A DNA stretch of 40,203 nt from a virus (taxonomy: Duplodnaviria > Caudoviricetes), in the IMG/VR virus record IMGVR_UViG_3300005805_000185, positions 1 through 40,203 of that record; one strand, given 5' to 3'. A model generated the notes under the pieces. The model saw only the letters and a list, made by a program, of their open reading frames with translations. It was not told the DNA's origin and ran no database searches. Each line of letters begins with the position of its first letter. The first letter of the stretch is position 1. The position numbers and the translations under genes are program-made. Below, piece after piece: positions 16,476-25,813 of this stretch.

Positions 16476-16940
16476 TTATTCATTAATCCACATAGCTGAA
16501 TTTGATGGTGTCTCCATAACTTTCACTACTCGTAACTTAACCCTGCCATCTCCGTAACCGTTTTCAGGCATCCAAATTTCTTGAATGTAGTCGGCTAAAA
16601 ACTTGGAGAGACCTTCGCAGCCAACCCTATCTACCACCACTAGTTTAAGTAATTTTCGGTTGTGGAGGTCTTCCCAAGTCTTTAGTTCTGGATCATCTTG
16701 AGCCGAGAGAAACGTATGATCAAACCAATCATCTAGTTTTTCTTTGAGCGTCTTATAACCGCCAAAGTCAACACACCAATTACGAGCATCCAAATCATTT
16801 TCATCACACTCAAATTCAAAATGAAAAGCTAAAGCATAACCATGAATCATATTACAATGAGTATCGGCTTTCCATTGACGATATGCAACGGCGTACCCTC
16901 TTTCGTGACCATAAGTTTTTGTACTGATAAACTTACCCAT
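16476..16940 (-). CDS. queD: 6-carboxy-5,6,7,8-tetrahydropterin synthase
   Basis: C-x3-HG, VDFG, FDH, C-terminal ETPSN (PTPS T-fold). Confidence 0.88.
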   Translation of the reverse strand: MGKFISTKTYGHERGYAVAYRQWKADTHCNMIHGYALAFHFEFECDENDLDARNWCVDFGGYKTLKEKLDDWFDHTFLSAQDDPELKTWEDLHNRKLLKLVVVDRVGCEGLSKFLADYIQEIWMPENGYGDGRVKLRVVKVMETPSNSAMWINE

Positions 16941-17937
16941 TAACTAACTCCTTAAATACTCTGTTTACTTCCTTAGTAAATCTTTCTTTTGATCGTAGTT
17001 GTCTTAAATTGTCCGTACAGTTAGCAAAAGTGTTTGATATATGATGTACCTTGTATACCCTTTCAAAATCTTTACCGTCGTACAATTCTGTATAGTAGTC
17101 CATCATTTTGACAAACGTTACTACATCATTATAGTCTACCTCAGTAAAAATAGGCTCGTTAAAGTAGTATCTGCTCCCTATACCACTATACCCGATAACC
17201 TTGCATCCGGAAAGTGCAGCCTCCATTGGAGGTAGAGCACTACCTTCACCCAATGGAGTGCAAAGGAAGGCAAAAATTTTTGCCCTTGACATTTCTTCAG
17301 CTACTTGTCTATGGGACATGTTTTGAATAATCTTAACATTCCAGTTCGGATAACGCTCATTAAAAATTTTAATAAGCATATGTGATACTACGTTGCCCGG
17401 TTGCTTATTCATCACCAGGATAGTGTTTTCTTTCTCACCTGGAATAAAGTACTCATCGATAGGATTCTCAATATGAAAGATCTTATCAGGTGTTATCTTA
17501 AACAAGGTGGTTATACCTTGGGTAATGTAAGGTGAGATAGTAATGAACCCTTCACAGCGTTCATATACTCTCTTGGCATAACTGTATGAAATGTTTAATC
17601 CTACATTATCAGTGAGAGTGGAGGTAAGTCCTTGATGAAGCATAAACATTCGAGGATCATTAGTTATAAGGTGATCAAAGCACCAAATGCCTTCTTCATG
17701 AATTATAACAATATCATCTTTAGTAATTATTCGAACATCATCATAAACGGGTACGTTGGTCTCAAACCAAGATGGCTTGTAGTCTTTAGGGCAATCATTT
17801 GGATATAGGTGAGCTCCAGGTATTAAAATACTTGCGTCATAACCACCATTAATTAGAGCTTGAGCATACTCGAATAATACTTTAACACCACCATTTGGAG
17901 TTTTAGCTCCTATATGGCAAAACACGTATACCTTCAT
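16933..17937 (-). CDS. GT-B (GT4-like) glycosyltransferase
   Basis: N-terminal NGGVKV and EX7E motif EGSALPPMEAALSG; start moved to 17937 (TAATG overlap with queE). Confidence 0.82.
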   Translation of the reverse strand: MKVYVFCHIGAKTPNGGVKVLFEYAQALINGGYDASILIPGAHLYPNDCPKDYKPSWFETNVPVYDDVRIITKDDIVIIHEEGIWCFDHLITNDPRMFMLHQGLTSTLTDNVGLNISYSYAKRVYERCEGFITISPYITQGITTLFKITPDKIFHIENPIDEYFIPGEKENTILVMNKQPGNVVSHMLIKIFNERYPNWNVKIIQNMSHRQVAEEMSRAKIFAFLCTPLGEGSALPPMEAALSGCKVIGYSGIGSRYYFNEPIFTEVDYNDVVTFVKMMDYYTELYDGKDFERVYKVHHISNTFANCTDNLRQLRSKERFTKEVNRVFKELVNG

Positions 17938-18788
17938 TAAGTTCCCCAAGCGTTTTTAAAGAGAGGGATCTGCAAACGATCTGAATACCGGTACCCCTTT
18001 CGCATTGCGAGTTCTGCAACTGATTTATTATTAAGATGGTACAGCTGCTCAGTACCGCCAACAGGCATAAGGTAAACAGGACCACTAAAACCTTTTTTAC
18101 GATATGCATTAACAGCCTCCTCTGCTTCATCAGCATCTTCCTGGCTAGCAATAACAAATTTAAGATAGGTATAACCAATAGATTCATAGTCAACAATTAT
18201 CTCTGGCTTTATTGCATCATCCCATTTTTCACCACTTACGCTCAGTTTAGGTGATACAGAGAATGTTAGCTCTCTAGGACGTCTGACAGCATTCCAATCT
18301 AGCCAATCTTGCAAATAGAGATAAAATTCATCACTAAGCTCTTGAGTTCCATTTGTCTCAAACGTAAGTTCTTTCAACCCTTCCATTTTTTTATTCTCAA
18401 GCAAGTCAGGATAAGACCTTTGCCAACCAAGTAACGGTTCACCGCCAGTAATTACCAGATGTTCGTCTTTCCATTCCTTGTACGGTAGGATATCCACAAT
18501 TGAATTGGCCAATGAATTACAATCCAATACAGGGCTAAGATGCTTAAACCTAGGATCCCACGAAGCATATGAATCACACCCGGTGTGTACGAGTGGGAGG
18601 TCGTTGTACTTGGTGTAGTTTTCTGGGACGATTTTAAGATGTTCTTCACTCTTTTGTCCTTTTGGCATTCCAAAACCGCTACAAGTAAAATTGCAGCCAA
18701 ATGTACGAAGGAAGATACTAGGTGCACCCATGTACCTACCTTCACCTTGAATGGAATAAAATAGCTCGGCTACTTTGAGTTTAGACAT
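17937..18788 (-). CDS. queE: 7-carboxy-7-deazaguanine synthase (radical SAM)
   Basis: ELFYSIQGEG, FLRTFGCN, ITGGEP, ETNG, SVSPK. Confidence 0.94.
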   Translation of the reverse strand: MSKLKVAELFYSIQGEGRYMGAPSIFLRTFGCNFTCSGFGMPKGQKSEEHLKIVPENYTKYNDLPLVHTGCDSYASWDPRFKHLSPVLDCNSLANSIVDILPYKEWKDEHLVITGGEPLLGWQRSYPDLLENKKMEGLKELTFETNGTQELSDEFYLYLQDWLDWNAVRRPRELTFSVSPKLSVSGEKWDDAIKPEIIVDYESIGYTYLKFVIASQEDADEAEEAVNAYRKKGFSGPVYLMPVGGTEQLYHLNNKSVAELAMRKGYRYSDRLQIPLFKNAWGT

Positions 18789-18867
18789 AGGGGATTACCA
18801 TAATAAAAAATTTCATTGAAAACATTTAATATCCTAGTTTGTTGAAGCGTGGAAGGGCACGCTGTGT

Positions 18868-19365
18868 TTATTTAGCAGCCCGGTCGTGCTTTTTCTTTTT
18901 ATTCATTGCACGTTGGTAATGAATATTATTAGCTCGTTTAGTATAATCTACTCCATCTAAATGATCAAGCTCATGCTGAAATATTCTTGCGGTCATACCT
19001 GTAAACTTTTCTGTATGTACGACTCCGTCCATGTCTTGAAATCTAACTTTTATGCTTTTTGAACGTTTAATTTTAATAAAGAGATTAGGGTAAGATAGAC
19101 AACCTTCATCAAGCAGAACTTGTTCTGTTGTTTGATCTACAATTCTTGGATTAAATACAGCAAGAGGAGGATTGGCTGCCATGACAAATACTCTATAAGG
19201 TAGTCCGACTTGATTAGCAGCTAACCCTAGACCGTTTTCTTCTAACATTTTCTGAGCTAGAGCTGCAGCAAGTTCATGCGGATTAACAGGTGGATCGCTA
19301 AAACTAAAAGTAGGGGTAGGCGTTTTAAGTATAGGATCACTACAGTGTACTAATTTTAATTCCAT
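18868..19365 (-). CDS. def: Peptide deformylase
   Basis: GLGLAANQ, EGCLS, QHELDH; start moved to MELKLV. Confidence 0.95.
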   Translation of the reverse strand: MELKLVHCSDPILKTPTPTFSFSDPPVNPHELAAALAQKMLEENGLGLAANQVGLPYRVFVMAANPPLAVFNPRIVDQTTEQVLLDEGCLSYPNLFIKIKRSKSIKVRFQDMDGVVHTEKFTGMTARIFQHELDHLDGVDYTKRANNIHYQRAMNKKKKHDRAAK

Positions 19366-19576
19366 TTTGCCACGTCTCCGTCCATCCTTTTCCACAAGAA
19401 AAACATCGTTTGTTTACGGTAATAATATTGTTGTCAGGTTTCTTAATTATAACACCATCCTTATTATACATTGAAATATAGTGGGCAAGAGTTTGTGTAT
19501 TATTAAGTTCAGAAATCATACAATCATCTCTCGAGCAATCAGGACCTCCATCAATAAATTCTTGTATTAGCGTCAT
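19340..19576 (-). CDS. Hypothetical zinc-ribbon protein
   Basis: C-x4-C ... C-x2-C; ATGA overlap with the gp46 stop. Confidence 0.6.
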   Translation of the reverse strand: MTLIQEFIDGGPDCSRDDCMISELNNTQTLAHYISMYNKDGVIIKKPDNNIITVNKRCFSCGKGWTETWQNGIKISTL

Positions 19577-21285
19577 GCTGCTATCCTCGAAAAATTTTTA
19601 TGTTTTTCAAACTTGACAATATGTTCGAACTTATCAAAGAGCGTGTCACCTTTATGACTTATAATGAATACATTAGTATCGCCCGTAAGAGTATACAGGA
19701 TTTTTAAGAACTCATCGGTACCGTTGCTATCTAATGAGCTATCAAATACTTCATCCATGATTAACAAATTAGTACTTGCACTATTACGTAGCTTGGCTAT
19801 TGCACGCCAGGTAAAAAGAAGAGCAAGATCAATCCGCATCTTTTCACCCTCGCTGAATGATTCGTAACTAAACTCATCCCTATGACGTGACTTAATTTTT
19901 TCTTCAAAATTCTCGTTCAGTTCAAAGTTAACAAAAAAGTCAAGTGAGGCTAGATACTTGTTAATAAGTTTATTCATAACAGGTACGTACTGCTTTATAA
20001 TCTTCGTTTTAATACCGCTGTCACGTAGCAAGTTAGAAGCTACATCAAGCACGCCCTTATCCTTCAGTAACTCTTCCTTCCCTAAAATAAAGCTTTTTAA
20101 CTCAGTCTGAAACTGTCTAAGATCAACGTTGTCAGATTCAGTCTTTACTGACTTTTTTAGATCCTCGATCTCATTCTTTAGACCCTCTACAAATTTTGAC
20201 TTCGTTTCTATTTGAGCATTTAGATTAGTAACATTTTTACCTAGCTCGGCTATCTCTAAACTTATAGTATTAATAATTTCAAGACGTTTTTGTGACGCAA
20301 GCAAATCGTCTTCAAGTTTTTGCAGCCCTTCTGTTACTTCGATCATTTGATCGTTGTTTCTCTTTACGATTTGCGACTTATGTTCATGATCGATACCTTG
20401 TCTGCAGGTGGGGCAGTCGTTATGATCGGTAAAGAATTCGATCTCCTTTTGTACTTTGGTCAGCTTGGCTTGTAGCTGTCCTTTGTATATTCCAAACTTA
20501 GAGATCTTGGTATTAATTTTATCTTGGTCGGCGATTTGATTATTTTTTTCGGTTATAAGTCTAAACAGATCGTTAACCTCGCTAGTAGCTGTTCCTATTT
20601 CACCAATCAGTTCAGTAATTTTGCCTGTCTTTTGAACGATAATGTCGTCATTATTTTTGTTTAGCTCTTCAAGATGTTTTTTATGCATCTCTATCTTGCT
20701 AGCGGTTAGTCTTATATTATGATCTACCTCGACCAGGTCACCTTTATTCTTTGATACTTTCTCTTTTAAGAGATTGTTCATCGTTGAAAATATTTGAATA
20801 TCAAGCAAATCTTCAATAACCTCACGCCTGTGAGCAGCTGGTAGTTGCATGAAAGGAACAAACGAAGCACTACCAAGTACAACTATCTGACAAAACGATT
20901 TATGATTAAGTTTGAGAATGTTTCTTTCAAACATCTCCTGATACTCTTTTGTTTCAGAGTCTTGATTAATAAGTTTGCTGTCTTGATATATTTCAAATAA
21001 GTTTGGCTTGAGACCTCTTACAACTTTATAGCGTCTTTTACCAATACTAAACTCTAGTTCAACTAACAGCCCTTTACCGTTAATAGCATTTACAAGCTGG
21101 GGCTTGTTTATTTTACGAAAAGGTTTACCGTACAAAGCAAACAGCAGTGCATCGAGTATGGTACTCTTACCTGCACCGTTTTCGCCTACAATAAGAGTTG
21201 TCTTGTTTCTTTTAAAGTTAATTTCTGTAAATGCATTACCAGTACTGAGAAAATTGCGCCATCGAATCACGTCAAAAATAATCAT
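19573..21285 (-). CDS. gp46: Recombination endonuclease ATPase subunit (Rad50/SbcC-like)
   Basis: GENGAGKS, CPTC zinc hook, FSEGEK, DEVFD. Confidence 0.96.
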   Translation of the reverse strand: MIIFDVIRWRNFLSTGNAFTEINFKRNKTTLIVGENGAGKSTILDALLFALYGKPFRKINKPQLVNAINGKGLLVELEFSIGKRRYKVVRGLKPNLFEIYQDSKLINQDSETKEYQEMFERNILKLNHKSFCQIVVLGSASFVPFMQLPAAHRREVIEDLLDIQIFSTMNNLLKEKVSKNKGDLVEVDHNIRLTASKIEMHKKHLEELNKNNDDIIVQKTGKITELIGEIGTATSEVNDLFRLITEKNNQIADQDKINTKISKFGIYKGQLQAKLTKVQKEIEFFTDHNDCPTCRQGIDHEHKSQIVKRNNDQMIEVTEGLQKLEDDLLASQKRLEIINTISLEIAELGKNVTNLNAQIETKSKFVEGLKNEIEDLKKSVKTESDNVDLRQFQTELKSFILGKEELLKDKGVLDVASNLLRDSGIKTKIIKQYVPVMNKLINKYLASLDFFVNFELNENFEEKIKSRHRDEFSYESFSEGEKMRIDLALLFTWRAIAKLRNSASTNLLIMDEVFDSSLDSNGTDEFLKILYTLTGDTNVFIISHKGDTLFDKFEHIVKFEKHKNFSRIAA

Positions 21286-21290
21286 AGGCA

Positions 21291-22349
21291 CTATTCCACT
21301 GTTAATGCTTGATGGTAAAGATCTCTTAACAATGCATCCAGCTTGGTTTTATCTGCTTTAATTTCTAACTGATCAACGTATTTACTCAAAATAGTTAGCG
21401 TATCCTCAGCTTCATTAACAATATCATTGTCATCTTCAAGATTTAAATTAAGGTGATCTTCTACTACTTGCAGATCTATAACCCCACTTCTTTCTAGCTT
21501 TTCAACATACATGTCAAACCAAACGGTATTAACTTTATTTTTAATAATGAGCTTAACCATTGTATCTCTATACTGTTCAAAGTCAAGCCCAAGAACTTCA
21601 TCCATTGAACTGGCACTGTCATCATACCATAGTTTATGAAACATAAGGTAGGGATTACGTACAAATGCCAACTCTCTTGTTTCTGTGTCAAAGATATGAA
21701 AGCCTTTTGGATCGTCAAAATCTGACCAAGTGATTTCGTAAGGAGTACCTGTATAGGTAATATTACCGCTAACCGAGCGTGTATGAAAGTGTCCGGAGAT
21801 GACCATATCAAACTTATCAAAGATATTAGGGTTTACACCATCTTCACAATAAGCACCCCTGTACATTTGAAAACCTTCGATTTCAAAATGACCCATAACG
21901 ATTTGAGCCTTAGATGTTTTAAGTGCATTGTAACACAACTGTGCATTTTCTTGACATATCCAAGGCATTAAAAGTATATTCACCCCTTCGAATTCAAGTT
22001 CGATAGGTTCATTTATACAATTAATATTAAGATACTCACCTAGAAGTAGATCGGGTGAGTTTACATCATTTGTGTTCTTGAAATAAGTATCGTGGTTGCC
22101 AGTAAGTAACCACCCAATATAGTCGTTATTAAGTTTGTCAAAAAAGTATTCTTTAGAAAGCTTTAATGAGTTAAAGTTAATAAATTTACGTCTGTCAAAA
22201 ACATCTCCCAGCTGTATAACATGTAGTATGTTATGTTCTTTTAGATATGGAAAGAACACATTATCGTAGAAGCGTTTAAAATAACTGTGAAAGTATGGAC
22301 TGTCACCTCGTGCTCCAACATGTATGTCACCTAATATCGCTATCTTCAT
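21291..22349 (-). CDS. gp47: Recombination endonuclease nuclease subunit (Mre11/SbcD-like)
   Basis: GDIH, GDVFD, GNHD, SGHFH. Confidence 0.95.
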   Translation of the reverse strand: MKIAILGDIHVGARGDSPYFHSYFKRFYDNVFFPYLKEHNILHVIQLGDVFDRRKFINFNSLKLSKEYFFDKLNNDYIGWLLTGNHDTYFKNTNDVNSPDLLLGEYLNINCINEPIELEFEGVNILLMPWICQENAQLCYNALKTSKAQIVMGHFEIEGFQMYRGAYCEDGVNPNIFDKFDMVISGHFHTRSVSGNITYTGTPYEITWSDFDDPKGFHIFDTETRELAFVRNPYLMFHKLWYDDSASSMDEVLGLDFEQYRDTMVKLIIKNKVNTVWFDMYVEKLERSGVIDLQVVEDHLNLNLEDDNDIVNEAEDTLTILSKYVDQLEIKADKTKLDALLRDLYHQALTVE

Positions 22350-22938
22350 CTTCACCGTCCTCAATAAGTTCAGGAACTAGATCGACTGCTTCTTCCTGCT
22401 CTCCTTGCATAAACTTTTCTACGCCCTGTTTACGTTTCTTTCTTTTTTTGTCAAGGTTTATTTCGAACGATTTAATAAAATCAGACATATTTTCATTATC
22501 AAGATCGCTGGTAGATATTTTATACTCACCGTCATCAAGTTCCCCCTGATCGAACAGCTCATTTAGCAGAACTGAATTCTCTAGAGCTTTGTGTTTAATA
22601 TATAACTGCTTTTTTTCTTTCTGTATTCTTCTCAAAAAGGCAAAGTAAATAATTTGAGTAAAGTATGCAAAAGGATTATCGTAACGATCTGGATCATAAT
22701 TATCGAAATAACAAACACAATTCTCAATACCGTCAGATATCATTTCTTCACGGTAAGGATAATTAACAAAGTTCGGCTTAGTGGATAGTCGTTTAGCAAT
22801 CAACAGCATACAATCCCCAACATACCGAGGAATAGGTGGTCTCTCTATACCATCTTGTTTAGCTTGTTTAATTACTTTTCGATATTCAACAATCGCTAGA
22901 TATAGTTTTTTATTGTCAACGTAATGCGCATTAGTCAT
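22327..22938 (-). CDS. gp55: Late transcription sigma factor
   Basis: HYVDNK, NFVNY, EMISDGIEN, NPFAYFTQI...FLRRI. Confidence 0.95.
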   Translation of the reverse strand: MTNAHYVDNKKLYLAIVEYRKVIKQAKQDGIERPPIPRYVGDCMLLIAKRLSTKPNFVNYPYREEMISDGIENCVCYFDNYDPDRYDNPFAYFTQIIYFAFLRRIQKEKKQLYIKHKALENSVLLNELFDQGELDDGEYKISTSDLDNENMSDFIKSFEINLDKKRKKRKQGVEKFMQGEQEEAVDLVPELIEDGEDEDSDIR

Positions 22939-22941
22939 ATA

Positions 22942-23334
22942 TTAATTGAGAATTGGTTTTCTTGATGCCTTTTCAAACATTGCTCGTTTAACCTCTTCTT
23001 CTTCGTCCTCATTATAAAATTTAGCTGCTTCCTGTAATTCGTTATCCACACTAGTGTCAACACTCGTTTTTATAGCATTAAGTGTAGCTGCATAGTATAC
23101 TACAAGGCCAGGTAAAGGAACACTGTAACTTAATACGTGGTCATCTCTAATAGTATGATCTGTATTCATTGCGAAAGGAATAAATCTATGTAAAAACACG
23201 GTAGGAGGTGCCATATCCATACGCTGTCTGTAGTTTATTTGTAACGGATCTCGAACAGTTACCGTCTCATTTTCCTGGTTAATAATGTCACCTATGATTT
23301 CTGTACCGTTTGTAAGCTTGATTAGTGATATCAT
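22942..23334 (-). CDS. Conserved hypothetical protein (Sm-like pattern)
   Basis: IKLTNGTEIIG...PL...FIPF; occupies the usual slot between uvsW and gp55. Confidence 0.7.
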   Translation of the reverse strand: MISLIKLTNGTEIIGDIINQENETVTVRDPLQINYRQRMDMAPPTVFLHRFIPFAMNTDHTIRDDHVLSYSVPLPGLVVYYAATLNAIKTSVDTSVDNELQEAAKFYNEDEEEEVKRAMFEKASRKPILN

Positions 23335-24786
23335 TTAGTCTCCTAAACTGACATTATAGATTTTATAATCAAACTTTTCATCATCGTACATTTTTACTCG
23401 TTCTATAAAATGAAGTATTGTGTGATTTTTCTTTGACTTCCACGACAGATCATCAGCAATGTCATATAGTGTAGCGAACTCTTTATTAGTACCTAGCCTT
23501 AAACTGCGACCTATAGACTGTAAGGTTTTAATTCTTGACTTACTGGGGCTAGTAAATATAACATTATGTAGGTTTCGTATATTAACGCCAGTGGAGAACG
23601 TACCTAATGAGGCAACTATAATAGCATCCTTTTCTTCTTCTACGGCTTTACGTATATCTTCTCGAATTAATCCATCAATATCACCGTCCACATAGAATAT
23701 CTTTCTTTGGCCGCATCGTGCTTGAATTAGATCATATAGTAGCTTACCATGGCTTTTAAGCTTAAATAATACTAATGTATTTTGTTTTAGTGACAAAACT
23801 AAATTGGTGATAAATTTATTTCTAGGGCTATGGGTGACGATAAAGTCAATTTCACTTTGATAGTCAATACCCTTGTACATTTTTCTATACTCATCATTAT
23901 AAGAAAGAGTAATAGCTTTTATTCGTAATTGTGTAATATGTTTTTGTTCCATAAGTTCGGCAGTAGTAGTTACTTTACGAACTTGTCCGAACAACCCCTC
24001 TAATACCAGCTTATGTGTTTGTGTCCCATCAAGCGTGCCAGTAAATCCAAATTTATATGGACAAGTCAACAGCTTGGTCATCATTGTTTTTAAACTATTG
24101 GCTTTAAAAAGGTGCGCTTCATCTCCAATAGCACAGTGAAATTGTGCATACCAGGTCTTGGGTAGTTTGTATACCGATTGCCATGTTGTTATGACGAAAG
24201 GAGCATCAGTTAATTTTTCCTGACCGGAAAAAATTTTATGAATGTATTCTGAAGGGCATCCATAGCTAATAAAGTCAGATGCCATTTGATGAACAAGCGA
24301 GGTTGTAGGTACTACTATTAAGATCTTGTCAGGGTCAGTTCTATAGAATCTAGAAAGCAAGTATATAATAAGTGACTTGCCTGAAGCCGTTGGTGAGAGA
24401 AGTAATGCTCGTCTTTTACGAACAGCGTGTACAAATGCCTCAATCTGATAATCCCGTGGTCGTTTATCTTCAGGTAGATTGAGTTTGCTTATAAAGCGAT
24501 GTGATTCATCGAGAGAAAAATTAGTATCAGCAAAACTATTGTCGGTGAAATTAACTTCATAATCACGCTCTTTAGCAAAGATCTGCAAATAAGGGACAAG
24601 ACCACCATATATGTAATGGGTAGCGGCTGAAAATAATCTTATTTTACCGTCCCACACCTTGTTACGAAATGCAGGTGAGAATTTAGCACCAGGAACGTTA
24701 AAGGTAAAATAAGCATTTAGCTCTTGAGCAACATCACTGTCGCAATGGACCTTGACGTGGACGTCATCAACTCTTTCAACTATCAT
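23335..24786 (-). CDS. uvsW: UvsW SF2 helicase
   Basis: PRDYQ, PTASGKS, DEAH, TGT, QSIGR; start at 24786 overlaps the uvsY stop (ATGA). Confidence 0.96.
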   Translation of the reverse strand: MIVERVDDVHVKVHCDSDVAQELNAYFTFNVPGAKFSPAFRNKVWDGKIRLFSAATHYIYGGLVPYLQIFAKERDYEVNFTDNSFADTNFSLDESHRFISKLNLPEDKRPRDYQIEAFVHAVRKRRALLLSPTASGKSLIIYLLSRFYRTDPDKILIVVPTTSLVHQMASDFISYGCPSEYIHKIFSGQEKLTDAPFVITTWQSVYKLPKTWYAQFHCAIGDEAHLFKANSLKTMMTKLLTCPYKFGFTGTLDGTQTHKLVLEGLFGQVRKVTTTAELMEQKHITQLRIKAITLSYNDEYRKMYKGIDYQSEIDFIVTHSPRNKFITNLVLSLKQNTLVLFKLKSHGKLLYDLIQARCGQRKIFYVDGDIDGLIREDIRKAVEEEKDAIIVASLGTFSTGVNIRNLHNVIFTSPSKSRIKTLQSIGRSLRLGTNKEFATLYDIADDLSWKSKKNHTILHFIERVKMYDDEKFDYKIYNVSLGD

Positions 24787-25217
24787 GCGCCCACTTTGAA
24801 CTTTTCCCAACTTATAGCTGCATTAATCTGATAGCCTCTAGCTGGTAAATTTTTAATAATAGACTCTAAAAAGTCTACCTTCTCTTTTTGCATTTCAATA
24901 CGCAGGCCAAGCTTATTAAGATCGACGTCTGCTTGTAAATAGACAGGAATATCTGACTTAAGTATTTTAAGTGCAAAAGGTTCCCAACCATTAGTTCTAA
25001 GCTCGTCTTCACTTAGAGTACCATTATAATACTCATACTTAACGCGGTTCATTTCTCTTAGCTCTACCTCAAGCTGACGTAGTGCCATACGTTCATGAGA
25101 GAACATAACATAGTACTTTGAGTGTAGAGTGGGAATTCTTAGACTCTCTTCGCCAAGCTCGGTCCTATCAATCTTTGCATCAGCCAGCCACATCTCTTGT
25201 ATTTCAGATAGTTTCAT
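24783..25217 (-). CDS. uvsY: Recombination mediator UvsY
   Basis: DAKID...IPTLHSKY...YYNG...RGYQINAAISW; adjacent to uvsW. Confidence 0.92.
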   Translation of the reverse strand: MKLSEIQEMWLADAKIDRTELGEESLRIPTLHSKYYVMFSHERMALRQLEVELREMNRVKYEYYNGTLSEDELRTNGWEPFALKILKSDIPVYLQADVDLNKLGLRIEMQKEKVDFLESIIKNLPARGYQINAAISWEKFKVGA

Positions 25218-25245
25218 AATAAAGGTCTCGGTAAACAACAGCAGT

Positions 25246-25274
25246 ATTATATACTGTTCTTATAGACGATTCAA
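25246..25274 (-). promoter_or_regulatory. Sigma70-type promoter for the uvsY-uvsW region
   Basis: TTGAAT-N17-TATAAT on the minus strand. Confidence 0.7.
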
Positions 25275-25808
25275 GGTGAAGGAACGATAGGCAAAGGTTA
25301 CACTACATTCTACATAGTCGACATCGGTACTCTTCGTGTCAAACATTATTTCAGATATCTGAATAGGATAAAGATCTTTAAATTGAAATTCTATTATAGG
25401 TGCTCTAACGGAATTAAGTACTATTAAAGAAGCATCTGAATAGATACCATCCCCAGAGGTCGGTGAGGTCACTAATCCGCCAAACTTACCTCTGGCAGTA
25501 GCGATTGCATTATGCTGATCAAAATTATCCGGAAATCCAAGCGCTATAATCCAGTCATATACCTCTTGATAATTTTTCATATCTTCGTCTATTCTAAAAG
25601 CAAGACTAAACGTACCGAAGTCTATGTGATCACCAGGAAGAGGCAACTTTACAAAAGGAGTTTGTACATCGGCTTGACCCAGACCAATACTAGGCACTGC
25701 AGCTGACTGCACAAAGAAGTTTACATTAGGGCACTTCTTAATTGAGAAAGTGAATCCTAATGGAGATAAGAAGTTCTTATTCGATGGTAAAGTTGATATA
25801 GCTGTCAT
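25260..25808 (-). CDS. gp3: Tail completion / tube terminator protein
   Basis: NFLSPLGF, FFVQ...P, IDEDMKNY, SDASL; lies between gp23 and uvsY. Confidence 0.85.
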   Translation of the reverse strand: MTAISTLPSNKNFLSPLGFTFSIKKCPNVNFFVQSAAVPSIGLGQADVQTPFVKLPLPGDHIDFGTFSLAFRIDEDMKNYQEVYDWIIALGFPDNFDQHNAIATARGKFGGLVTSPTSGDGIYSDASLIVLNSVRAPIIEFQFKDLYPIQISEIMFDTKSTDVDYVECSVTFAYRSFTLNRL

Positions 25809-25813
25809 AAGAG

